A stretch of 64,000 nt of DNA, taken from positions 11,966,001 to 12,030,000 of the forward strand of contig CM120640.1 of assembly GCA_051362555.1 (NCBI GenBank). The letters run 5' to 3'. Positions within the stretch are counted from its first letter, which is position 1. Each line of letters opens with the position of its first letter. The notes beneath the pieces are model-generated. The model did no database searches and was not told the DNA's origin. It saw only the letters and a list, made by a program, of their open reading frames with translations. The DNA comes from Lingula anatina. Its lineage: Eukaryota > Animalia > Brachiopoda. A program made the translations under genes and the position numbers. Of the stretch, positions 40,320 to 52,690 are shown one piece after another.

Positions 40320-43137
40320 TATTTTATGTACATGTCACATGTGTGCAAAGTAAACATTTTTTTGTTTTTATGGTTAATTTTTATTTCTTTGTTTATTGTT
40401 TAAGAAGCGCACAGCAAAGAAGGAATCTAGGTCAATTTCTGCTCCCACAGGCATGGAGAAGACAGAAGTTCAGATAAAGGCTGAACCCCAAGAAGTAGTG
40501 GTAGAAAACAAAACAGAAAAGACAGAAAATTGTCATAATCTGACACCCATTGTAAAAAGTGAACCTAAGACACCCAAGAAATCTGGCACGCCTATTAAGG
40601 CCTTACCTTTCTCACCTTCTCAGGTGGGTTGGTTTTTACTGAAATATGAAGATTTTTAGTATACCTTTTTGTATTTTTTTGACTTTTAAGAAATTTGTTT
40701 GAAAATGCAAAAGTTCATTAGGTTATGAAGTGATGCTTTATTTTAACAAAGTATTAATTAAAAACCTACAATTACGGAATGTTTTATAAAACAATAATTT
40801 AGAGTTGTCCTTTATTTTTAGACCTGAAACAAGCAGTTGTTATTTAAAGTTTTATTTTATTTTATTTATTTATTTTTGCTGCATTCTTATATATTTAATT
40901 CAAATTTTTTCTTAATCTTCAGTTCTTCAATAGCCCTGATGGTGTCCCTGGGAGGAAGTTGACGTCCACTCCAGTGTGTGCAGCCCCGAGGAACTCCACT
41001 CCAGTCCACCTTAGTGCACCTCCTGATATGTGCATTAAGACTGAACATGGGACAGAAAGGTGGGTGTCAATAATAACCCATGTTTTCATGATTATTGTTC
41101 ACCTACAAAGTCTCGTTTCTGTAGCCATACACAGTCACAACTATGAAAAGCATTTCCATTTTATTGCCCTATAATACCAATATTAGCATTTGTAACAAAT
41201 TCATCTTGTAATTATAATGAGATCCTTTTGAGAGTCCTAGAAAGAATCACTATTTCAGGCTGATTTTGAATTATTTTTGACATGCATTTTGTTAACTTTG
41301 ATGTCAGGGAAAGCACAAAGGTGGCTGTTTTCAGAACCCCACGTACCAGAAGGGCCCTGCTTGATGTGGCTCCCAGGACTCCCACTCCTTTTAAAAATGC
41401 TCTAGCAGAAATTGAGAGGACTAGTGGACCAATTACAATGCTGGTATGTTAGTTCAGTAATGCTCCTAAAAAGTTTATTGACTGCTAGACTTTTGAAACT
41501 AAAATGTATTTTTAGAAATGGGTATTGATGGAATAGTCTGTTAACATTCATTAGAGACATTAAAAATTTTATCTAACAGCATGGTGTGCCATTCCCTGTA
41601 GATAGACATTTAACAGCACCTGGCACCTAGTTGCCAGTGTGTTGATTACAAATTAAAAAATAAAAGGTGTTAAAAAGGTAAGTTTTCTCTTCTGCTCTGT
41701 CTCTATTCTTAGACTCCTGAAACACCTTCCCATTTGGTGGCAGATCTCAATGAGGTGATTAAGAAAGACACAGGTTCTTCTTCCTATGAGACTGATGTGT
41801 CTGCCTTCCGTGGTGACCTTCACAAGAGGAAAACTGAGAAAGAGGTGGGCATTTCCCTCCAGTTTCCTCAGGTGCAACATTTTTTTTCTTTTTTGCATAA
41901 TGCTGTAACAGCTGTTTGAAACCTTTTGACTACAATCATGCTTTGACTTGTACTCTTTCAGTGAATTACTTAAGGTATGTAGTACAGGTAAGCAAAAAGC
42001 TTAAGAAATTCATATTGCTTTTAATAATTGTTCCTTTTATACATGTTTGTCCTTTGCCTTACATCCTTATTTTACAGTTTGACACTTGATTGAATTTTAT
42101 TTTCATTTCATTTTTTCTTAAATCAGAATGAATCTCCCACTAAAAAGGCTAGAAAGTCTTTGGAGCAAAAATGGTCCACTCCTGGCGAGGTACCCCTAGG
42201 ACCAACTGAAGAGGATCTTCTCATAATGCCTGAAACACCGGTATGGTCACTTATATTTCTCCAGCAGATTTGTCAGGTTACAGTTGTGGGGTTGAAAAAA
42301 GTTCAGTGCTTATTATGTTGACAGTAAAGGTGGAAAATATTACTAAATTTTGTATAAGTAAATTCCAAGCAAATGAATTATTATCTGGATGCTGTGATAG
42401 AGACAATAAAATCCCATTTTGATGCAATTAATGACAACACTTTTATTTAACATTAAAGATTGAAAAAAAAAATGATGGAAATGATGATCCAGTAATGGGT
42501 TTTCATAAATTATTTATTTAATGTTATTTTTTATTTTATTATTATTATTTAAGATTTGATATGCAGTTTTTTATTTATTATTTTATTTATTTTTTAACTG
42601 TTTCAACATTATTGTTATTTGATTTCATTGCAGAGCAAGTCTCTGATAGGAGACCACAGTATCATCTTTTCACCCCCATCCATTTTGAAGGAGACCTTCA
42701 TGGACCCGCTCAATGATGCTTTTGCTCTACCCACGTCTCCAGCTCCAGCAACCAAGGTAATTGATCAGCTTGTGAGTGTGAAAAGAATGGGCTTGGTGTG
42801 GTAGTTGGTTTCTTTTTGGTGTTCCTCTTGAATGTATTTGCAGTTTCAGTAAATGGCCTTAAAGCTCAGTCTTACATGGATGGCATTATTAAGTATTTTA
42901 CTTCAGATATAACTTTCAAATACATAAAAAGTTTGGTTTGAGGTCTCAATGTGTTATTTTGCTTTACTAGACCAAGCGTAAGCCTCCCCGCATTCGCTTT
43001 GATGTTACCCCAAAGAAAATGATTGGCAAGGTAATTTCTGCTTTTCAAGTTAATATTCTGACTTGACCTGTTGTTCTCTCTGCAGTTGCTCTGTGATAAC
43101 AAGTGATTGGGAACAGTGTGATAATAATTAGATCCCT

Positions 43138-43180
<43 letters not shown>

Positions 43181-43591
43181 TTGTTATGATTATTATTATT
43201 ACTAGTATTTTAATCCTTGTATTATATACTTAATGTTGGTTCTTAGGGTTAATGGTTAAAAGATGTCTTTAATCATTTTACAATTTCTTTGTAAAGCAGA
43301 AATGTACGAATCAGTTGTAAATGTGTTGCTAAACTTGGTAGCTGCGAAACAAATTCAAAAATATTCCCCCCAAAATCTTGTATATTAAGGTTCTCTTTAA
43401 TTTACTTATTCTTTTTTTGGCAATAGCACTTTTATGGACATCTTAATTTATTGATTGTTCTTGATATTTAGATGGACACTGCCTGGGAAAAAGTTGCTTG
43501 TGGCAAGACACAAGATCAACTAGACCTGACAGCCAAAGCCAAGATGTTGTTAAATGTTGCCATTATCAAGCCAAGGTCATTGAAATTATGA
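34967..43591 (+). CDS. MYB: Three-repeat (R1R2R3) Myb transcription factor, invertebrate/B-Myb-like, 18 exons, about 727 aa
   Basis: Exons 34967-34989, 36167-36290, 36921-37079, 37304-37407, 37576-37704, 37944-38100, 38312-38378, 39032-39146, 39438-39580, 39697-39818, 40405-40623, 40923-41059, 41308-41443, 41713-41844, 42127-42240, 42634-42756, 42971-43030, 43472-43591 (2184 nt). Motifs KGPWTKEED, RWHNHLNPDIKK, GRTDNAIKNHWNSTMRRK, LPFSPSQFFN, PRTPTPFKNAL, WEKVACGKTQDQ. Confidence 0.96.
36602..36852. mobile_element. PIF/Harbinger (Tourist-like) MITE, 251 bp, almost entirely inverted repeat, in Myb intron 2
   Basis: TIR GGCTTCGTTCACATG / CATGTGAATGAAGCC; arms pair over more than 100 bp; TTA at 36599-36601 and 36853-36855; CpGs retained. 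Confidence 0.92.
38512..38867. mobile_element. Non-autonomous DNA transposon (hAT-like CAG termini) in a Myb intron
   Basis: TIR CAGACATGCTGAAA / TTTCAGCATGTCTG; subterminal GGACC/GACCG motifs; no clear TSD. Confidence 0.7.
40275..40319. repeat. (TTTC)n microsatellite
   Basis: Visible tetranucleotide run. Confidence 0.95.
43136..43180. repeat. (TTTA)n microsatellite
   Basis: Visible tetranucleotide run. Confidence 0.95.
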
Positions 43592-44197
43592 AGTTTTGGG
43601 TTATGTGTTATTTTGTCAAGCAACATGTCTAACATGTAACTTTACTTAAGAGATCACTGAGCAAAGACTTGTTTAGCATAAGACAAATATCTGAAACAAG
43701 AATGAACTAATCAGATACGCCGGTTCATGCTTGCATTAATTCATTATCTTTATAACTGCAGAGGTTTACTTAATTGTAAAAAGTAAAAGCTTATAGATTT
43801 TGATTTATATTTCAAAGCATTGAAAACTTGTGCTCATATGATGTGTCAGCTTGATTGAACCACTGATGTGTAACAGGAGGGGGGTATGTGACAAATACAG
43901 GCATGTAAAATAATGTACATAAATGTGTACCTGAGTAACTTGTAAAGGACAAATAGGAAAAAGTTCATACACCATTTGTAAATGTTTCACACAGCATCCT
44001 TGTGATAACATGTCAAGATTTAAGTGCAAATGTTTTATATGTAAATCAGTGATTCAGCTGGGAGTAAATTTGAATGACCCCGGTGCTTATTTATTGTCAT
44101 ATCATATATAAAAAAGGGAGAAAGAAATTGCATTCATTTCCATTAAACATACATACTGTGGTAGTATCATAGCATAACATGTTACTTGCCAATCTAT

Positions 44198-44372
44198 GGC
44201 TGCATTCATAACAGTGGACTAACTAGTCTGAGGGCCAAATATGGCAACCAACTAAAAAGCTTGCCAACTAATCCACTAATAGACACTGAATAGATTCCCT
44301 GGGGGGAAGTATTCAAGTGGGTCGGCCATATTTGACCTGTGAACTAGTAAGTCCGCTGTTCTGAATGCCGTC
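44198..44372. mobile_element. Harbinger-like MITE (175 bp) in the probable Myb 3'UTR
   Basis: Left ggctgcattcataacagtggactaactagt..caaatatggc matches the revcomp of the right end (gacggcattcagaacagcggacttactagt..caaatatggc); TAT at 44195-44197 and 44373-44375. Confidence 0.8.
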
Positions 44373-46242
44373 TATGCAAACTACAATTCTACCAGCCAAA
44401 AAAAGTTTAAATTCTAGAAGTTTTGGAAATTGTCATGATCTTGATGTTGGGGTATTGTTTTAAAATACCAATGCAAATTTTCACCAATTGACAATAGATG
44501 GAGTGTCAATTGGTACATCATGATGAATTGAAAATTATGTAACACCACCCTATTAAAACACTTAAGTTATATATACGGATACTACCCTATCTTAAAGGTA
44601 CTGTTTGTCTACAGTGATCTGACCTATATTAATGCTGCTAACTCTATGACATTGTCCTGTGTTAGACCACTTCATTGTAAACTCGTATGCTCTTCCACAT
44701 CATGATATTTTCATCTCTGTCACACTGGTCTATTTATATTGTTTTATTTTTGAAGCATAAGGAGGATTTTTTTTATTTGTTTGAAAATCATTTCTTTGAG
44801 TGAAGTGCCTTTTCATTTGTAAATATTTTTATCTTTCTAACATTTGCAGGCATGACATTGAAAAGTGATTATGATAACACTTGTAGATACATTTTCACAT
44901 GTAAATAAACATCAAGAGGGGCTGGTAAGATAACAAATGCATGCTAACAAAAAAAAAAACATTTCCATATCTCAAAAAAAAATTATAAATCCTGAAATGG
45001 TTGTAGACTATTGTTACTTTTAAATAAATTGAAAAAAAGAAAATTAGTAATATATACATAAATGTGCATTTTAAGTTCACTATGCAGAGGTACATTTTTT
45101 CTCTCCATGTGCATCTTTGGTGAAAATGATTGTTGTCTTAGTGAGTAATTAGAGTTGTTGTTTGTTTAGTAAATGTAATTTATTTCCTTTAATGTACATA
45201 TTATCACATTGTGTGCTGTCCCTGCAGATATGGAGACCAACCAAAGTCTTAGGATATAATTTGGATAATTAGTGCGTGCATTCATTGTGGTTGTTACAGG
45301 TCTTGAAATTCTACTGCGAAGTGCTTATGTCTGCCTAATTTATACTAATTAAAGATATTCTAAATCTATTTGTGTGTGCAAAATGAGGTTTTTGCAAATC
45401 AGGATTGTTTTCTTTAAATAATTTGGTTATCCATCTTTTACTGTAATATTTGTTGTGTAAAGCAGATAGTGCCTCTTCAGCTATGGTATATGATAAAGAT
45501 TGGATTTCAACAGCAAATAAAACTTGCATGTGATTCAAGTTGATTTCTTCCATTTTATTGATCCCAATAAGGGAATTGCTTCAATTTTTCCATGTCGTAT
45601 GAGGATGTGCAACACCTCAAATTTTCTTTATTACTCTTGGCTGTGCAACCAAGTAAACTGTAGTGACAAATTAATTGGCACTTTGCCAATTTTGACTAGA
45701 TTTTGGTTAGGGCAACTAGTTTACTTTGAATACAACAGATGAGGAATACATTTAAATATGCCACCTTGCTTACAGCATCTGCCAAGCTTTGGAAGCTCAA
45801 TATTCATAATATTATTATGCATGGCAAAGCCACATTTATGATTTTCATGAAGAAAATTAGTCAACTGTAATTTACCTAATGCCTGAGAAAAAAAATAGCT
45901 CGCTTTCCCTTGTCAACATTACCATAGTTAACAATTTAAAACTAGTTTAAACTGTATAAAAAAATATAAAAAGTAAAATATATCTTCAATCATTTACATC
46001 TGGTGTGTTACATAAGACTGCTAAATTTTTTTTTTTTTATTGATTATACAAAACTGATTTAAATGTTAAAAATTCATAAATTATATTCTACACATTCTTC
46101 CTGTATGAGATGTATAAGTTCCATTGCAAATAATTGTTTTCTTTTGTCTATTTCATTCTGTCACATAGCTTCCATGTGGGCACTATAACGTAAATATTTA
46201 TGTCAACATAAGTAATTGTCTCAAAGGGAAAAAATTACACCT

Positions 46243-49200
46243 TCACTCGTAATACACAGCTGAAATATCGTAGTAAACTGATCCATCCGGCATTTCTTGT
46301 ATCTTGTGGTTTATGTGTTTCACAAATCTCATAGTGTCTTTGTCCCTGTACACCAAGGCCAGGCAGTTCTCCATGGGGTTCACTGTTAGCAACTACAACA
46401 ATAGAAAATAAGATCTCAATACGTACTGCTCCAAAGACGATAAACTAAGTCTGATATGTAAGTTTGCCACAACTAAATGCATGTATCATTTTATCACACC
46501 TCCTCACCTCTTCATCCTCGCCCTTTGCAACATATGATGTGTATCCGCCATATTCCTGCTTCCAACCTATAAAGCAAATAACAATATCAATTAATAAAAT
46601 TTAAATGATGGTCTTAGAAATACTGCTATCCCAGGCCTTGAAAATGGATTAGCCGTTTACAAATTTGAGCCTCAAATTTGTGCACACGAATGCCCAAATT
46701 AATGATGCAAACCACGATTTCATGACACAAATGTAAAAGAAGCAACCACGAGCAATGCGCTACAAACCACGTTGCTTACCTACCCTTTGGTACATTGGGT
46801 ATGAGCTGGAGATGGTGGAGAGTTCATTGCTACTGTATTAATACATGGTATGGATAGCAGATTATTGAAATACATTAGTTTGTTTTGTTTTCAGACTTAA
46901 TTATTTATCATTATTTTTGTAATAATAAAGTAAAACCATGAAAACATATCTGTGAGTTGGATAGTGTTGAAACTCCTTGAATCAATTCATGCTCACAAAT
47001 CTGACTGCAAACTGCAATTACCACTTACGAGGCCTGCACTCTCACACAATCTAACTTTAACAGGGAAGTTTGGACATGGATTGCTTCATGTTATGGCAGT
47101 ACTCAAAGGCAAGAAATCTCAGTCAGAATAAGGGGGTCAGTCATACAACTTAATCAATAGGTAATTGGCAATAGGTAATTGGCAAGTCTGTGTAAAGTTA
47201 ATCCTGTTAGGTTTGACAATTTTCTCTGCTTTCTTTAATTAATTAATTTTATCAGTAAATGTTAAAGTATTTTAGTATTGTTATTTTTAGACTTTTTAAT
47301 TATTTGTAAAGTGCATTGAAATGTAAAAAATGGAATGCGCTATATAAGAAATAAATATTATTATTATTATTATTATAATAGGTAAGAGTAGAGAAAAGTG
47401 CATGATTCATCCTTTTTCCTGTACCACATTAATGGACTTAAAAGAACTGACCACATTTACATGACTTTGCCAACAATAAAAAGAGCAATCAAGTTTGAGT
47501 GACAAGATGAGTGTAAGACGATTATTCAAAAACTATCAAAATTGCTATTTTGAAAAGATTGTTCTTAGAAAGTGAACCTTTGCAATTGTAGAACAGCATA
47601 GCATCCAGAGCATAGTCGGACTTTTCTGCATCAATATCGTGCATCAATGTGTAGCAACCATGTGACCAGCTTCTTACTTCCACTCTACATCTTGGGTTAC
47701 CAGTAAAACACTCATCATCTGAAATTTTTTTATTTCAGGTACAGAATTTAATTACTTAAAATATATCTGAGAGCAAAAAATCCAGATATTTTTGGGCATT
47801 GACAAATACAAATGTGACAATTAATCTCTTAACATCATTACACTAAAAATCCACTTTAAATCCACACAAAGTCAGATTATCAAGTTAGATTATGGTGGGT
47901 CACGTGACAAATTACTGCTTAAGTTATATGTTAATTATCACCAAGGAGAAATTTCTTCCTTTAAGGGAAACTTAATAAAAAACAAAGTACATTTACAGAA
48001 ACTGGACATATTCTTTTACCTGGGTATCTTTTCTCTGCTTGGGCCACTCTGTCTGTGCTACAAGCAATTTTATTGCCTGTAGCTTGTGTTTCCTTATCAG
48101 GGTCAAGCTTCTGTCTTTTTGCTGAATTATTATCACTAGCATCACTATCATTGGAACTTTGGCATCCACCAAAACTATCTTTTTGAGATTTTCCTTTTAT
48201 TGATGCAATATTATCTTTCGTTGCCGACTCCTCCATATTTTTAGTGTTTTCATCCCTGTCAGCAACAGCATCAGAATTGTCATTGTAATTGGCAAGTCTG
48301 TGTAAAGTTAATCCTGTTAGGTTTGACAATATGAGAAACATTGCTTCAGAGCTGAAGAAAGTAAGACACTGCTTTAAGATTTCTGGTAGGTTTTCTTCAT
48401 TGGCACTGTGATATTTCCTGAAAAAAAGCCCATGAAATGCAAACTTAAAGTTATATGGTGTATAAAATGTAATACAAACTTCAACCTAATGCTTTCAGGA
48501 TGTAATACAGAGTTGCAAAACACTTGAAGAGAGTTGGAGGCTGAAACCAAAAGACTAGGGATGAATTGGAAGTAACTGGAGAGGAGAGGTGAGAACAGGA
48601 CTGGATAGAGGTATTTTTAAAATAGCTGCAAAAGGGGCAGGAGGCATAAGTGCCATAACTGAGTAAGAAATCAGCTGGTGAAAATAAAATCACTATTAAA
48701 ACAAATATTACACAAAAATGCCTTTAAAATACTAAGATAAAAATCCTAATAATAATAATAATAATACTCTTTGGTATAACTTAAAATTATCAATTCATAC
48801 CGCACCACTAAATAAGGACAACACTTCACAAATGCAAACCTTTTTAGTGGGGAATTCTGTAAATTCCACTTTACAGAATCTGTCCTAAGTGCTGCCATAA
48901 CTGCATTATATTTTTCTTCCTGTAAATGATGGTGATTCATGATATACTATGGAGTGATAGACAATACTTCTTGCTTGTTTTGGAAAAGTAAGTTATCTTA
49001 CTGGGTACTTTACAAGATAATTACCTCACCCAAGCAAATATCACATCTAACAAATACAATATAAACAACATTCCAAATATATAATTGCTTTTAGTTTGCT
49101 AAAATGTCCCTACCTTTAGGAAATCTTGTAACTGTATCTCCGATTCATTTTCAAACTTTTCCTGGATTTCTGCTTGTACCTCCATGTCTAGATAGATTGG

Positions 49201-51629
49201 ATTGATCCATTCATACAAAAATTCTTCCTGTAAATAAATAACATTTAAACCCTGTCAGTATTTCTAAATCTTGTTTTATACTTTTGACATTTTATCTTAT
49301 CTGCTCAAAATAAATCTCAAGTGAATATGAGCAATATTCAAGCTTTTTCTATTCGCAGACAAAAATTATAAGGTGAAACATCAAGCCACATAAAACACCA
49401 TAAATGTTAAAGATGTAACCATAAGTACAACAAGATAGTTCAATATACTACTTTAAATAGGATATTTCCTCATGCTGGTTGCTTACTGGCACTGATACAT
49501 ATTTTTGCAGAGGTCTTGGTAGCTCATCATAGGGTGGTGCACTCCTGGGAACTGTGGGACCATGAAACCAACCATTCACTGATAGCCTGGTTTTGTCTGA
49601 TGTCAGAACCTCTGCAACCTACGATGTATTACAGGAAGGTTTCACAGTAGAACTTTTAATTAAAGAGCACACTTAAAAACTACTGAAAAACTAAGTTTAT
49701 TAGTGCAAACCTTCAAACATGTACTGGTACCTTAGCCCCCTATTTATAATTTTTTATATGTAGTGTAAGGGCCATTTTCCATTGCCAGCACTGTGAATAG
49801 CATATATATAGTACACATCAAAAACACACAAAAAATGAGAGTTTGAATGTTGCAAAAAAAGGTGCATGCTTTTAATGTGATAGTCAGTCTACACAGCATG
49901 TAATGCATAGCACAAACTGTACTGTTACAGATTTCCAAATTGAGCCACATTCATGGTCAATACTACACTACTGTCTCCTTTTATGCCTTCTGGCATCTGG
50001 GGCCAAAAACAAAGGTCCTACACTGCATTTATGGTCAATAAGGTCAAATAAATCTAATGTTCCTAAAATTTGAAATGACAAGTCTACTTACATCTTCTAT
50101 AACATAAAAAAACAGCAAAATGTGTCATTTAAATCTCTTCTAACTCACCTGGTGAAAAGATGCTGGAGTAACTTCAAAGAAAGCAAAGTTATTCCAAGCC
50201 GGAAGTACAGACTTAACAACTGTTTTTGGCTGCCCATGCTCTGTGAATTATAGAGAAAACAGGTCACTTATACAGATCACTGAAACACTGACAATTATAA
50301 ATATTCTTCCTTAATTCACATTAAATAGAAGTTCAATCTGAAGATCAGTAAAATTTGCTTCTACATTATCTGGAGATGAACAAAACACAATTTATCTTTG
50401 ACTTAAATTCAACATATTTCTGTTCATTACCCTGAGATCTGGTTACATACAAAACATATTTCCTGCTTAAACACTTTCATGCAATAAAAGAATTTGAATG
50501 CATATCATATTTATCATAACAGTCAGTTCCTACAGAGTGCATCAAGACATCCAGTTTTTATACATTTGTCAACATCCAATCTAATCCTCACCATCCATAT
50601 CAAACAAGTCTAAGGCTCCTCCATCGCTCTGTTTCCAAGGTGGAACAAGATATAAGATGAATGCTATCCTCCTGCTGTCAAGTTCATCATCATGGCAAAG
50701 TAGAACATCTGAACATAAAAGAAACGACAATTTTAATTTTATGGTTAAAACCATATATTTTTCAATAGTGATAGACAATCTACCATGCAAAATTTCATTA
50801 GCAAACATTCCAATCAAACCAGTAAGTTTTTAAACTACTACAACAAGTTGTACATGTACTTACCAGTATCATCATATCTAGAGCAAGTCAAGTCCACTTT
50901 GTCAGTGAGTGGAATTCCTGTCACTTCTCTCATCCACTGAAGCACATCTCCATATAGGAACTGGCACAGCATCTTCACACAGGGTGTGTGGATCTTCTTC
51001 AAGTCATTACTCTAGAGCAGAATGACTTATCAATTAACGGTCATTACTGTGGACATTCTTCTTTCATCTGTGATCCCCCCAAGATCAATTTCAGTAGTCA
51101 CCAGTGCAACTACCTCCCCCCCCCCTCCGGATAAGAACAAAATAATGACATCACAATATTGCAGTAAAGGCACTGCAACTAAAATGGGATTATAGCTAGA
51201 ATTAAATGTTTCTTGAATTTGTACCAGTCAGAGTGTAATGTGCATTGTTGGTATCACAAGGAAACCATATCATTTAATGAGTTAAATTAATTGAAATACA
51301 GCTATTGCATTCAAATTTCAAAATATGCATGTCCAAGTATCATTTGCTATTGTACTAGTATGGTATTCATGTGGTAAATGTATCAGTTCTACTTGAACCT
51401 ACCTGCTGGAATTTGTATAAGTCATTATTTTTCTGGTAGAAAACCTGATCCAAAAGTTCATCTTTCAGTGTCTCCAAAAAGTTCCCTGGGTCCTGAATGA
51501 ATTTTGGCAATACACAGCAGGAAAACGGAGTTGCATGGAGTATAGCTTCACCTTCTGAGAAACAAATTTTTAGTTAAAAAGTAGTAGCAAGTCTCAATCT
51601 CACCAGATTTGAATTATAAATTGGTACCC

Positions 51630-51673
<44 letters not shown>

Positions 51674-52372
51674 AATACAATATTGCGCTAGTACTCTGTT
51701 AGAAAATTATTGCATGGCACCCTGTGTGATTTCAAGTAATCAATGGGAATGTGGACCTCCCCAGATATGTCCTTTGTATTTGTCAATGGGGGCGATTTCA
51801 CACATAGGTGCTGAGTGGCGCACACCCCTGTCCATGTTATGGAATGCAAGTAAAGCATGGCATATGACTGACACTACCTTCTGATATCAGAATGTAGGCA
51901 AACAGAGTAGCACTCCTCTTTGCGTTTTCTGATAACACACAGTATACAGCAATATCAGAAATCGTAATCAGGACAGGAGTGCTAGCACGCAGACGCAAAA
52001 CAAAATCTTTTTTAAAATGTCTAAATGTTACCTCAGCTTTCTTTTGCTTGTTGTATCTAATAGCAAAAAACTTTTTATTATATGTTTGTGTCACCCTTTT
52101 GTACTGATAATTATAATTACAATCACTGGTGTACATGTATATGACAGTGACAATTAATATAATGACATCGATTTCTAGGCCTATTCAAAGTGAACATAAA
52201 CCTACAGACCATGATCGAACGTCAATTTGTCTACAAATGAACATCTAAAGCTCTCCTTGAAACCCTCATCGACAAACATCGGGTTTATTCCAATTGGATC
52301 CGATAATTTTCCTTCTTTTTTGTCTCCACTGCCTTGTTTAGAAGTCATGCCACTGGCTTGTTTAGAAGTCAT
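46243..52372 (-). CDS. OGFOD1: Prolyl 3-hydroxylase OGFOD1 (Tpa1/sudestada1 orthologue), about 12 exons
   Basis: Exons 52210-52372, 51403-51554, 50864-51011, then approximately 50592-50708, 50149-50240, 49486-49617, 49114-49227, 48840-48920, 48020-48417, 47579-47717, 46509-46567, 46243-46392. Motifs [35 protein letters not shown] (HxD), [23 protein letters not shown]-terminal ISAVYYE*. Confidence 0.95.
47156..47385 (+). mobile_element. Severely 5'-truncated L2-like retroposon tail carrying a 46-bp copy of an OGFOD1 exon segment
   Basis: AATAGGTAA at 47156-47164 and 47377-47385 (TSD); tail TGTAAAGTGCATTGA...GCGCTATATAAGAAATAAA(TAT)n; 47175-47220 identical to 48285-48330. Confidence 0.7.
51634..51671. 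repeat. (TG)n microsatellite
   Basis: Visible dinucleotide run. Confidence 0.97.
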
Positions 52373-52439
52373 GTTTACCGACGTTAACACAATCTCAACG
52401 TGCATTAGGGAGTACTCTTTTATGGTTGTTGGTTAAATT

Positions 52440-52690
52440 GTGGTTACAGATATTAGGAGTCAAAGGATTAACACATGGCCATAATATAAAAGACACATGT
52501 CAGTTGTTATAACACCAGTAGATGAATCAAAGAGTTATTATTTTGATCAGAAACGTCTTGTTGGAAATGCTTTGCGACATTCACACTTCTATAACGGGAG
52601 ACGAAAAAGCATATTCAGACTCCACTTTACGACAAAAGGCAGACGCTCACTTCCCGCTTCCGAGGCAACGCCAAGAAATAGGTATGAGTG
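52440..52690. promoter_or_regulatory. Bidirectional promoter OGFOD1 / Tctex1-domain gene, with RFX X-box-like site and probable non-coding first exon
   Basis: CpG-rich; GCTTCCGAGGCAAC at 52656-52669 matches 10/14 of GTTGCCATGGCAAC; plus-strand donor AG|GTATGA at 52682. Confidence 0.5.

Noticed and set aside
48481-48693. 70-aa ORF in an OGFOD1 intron
   Set aside because: Neighbouring exons join in frame without it and it has no recognisable motif.
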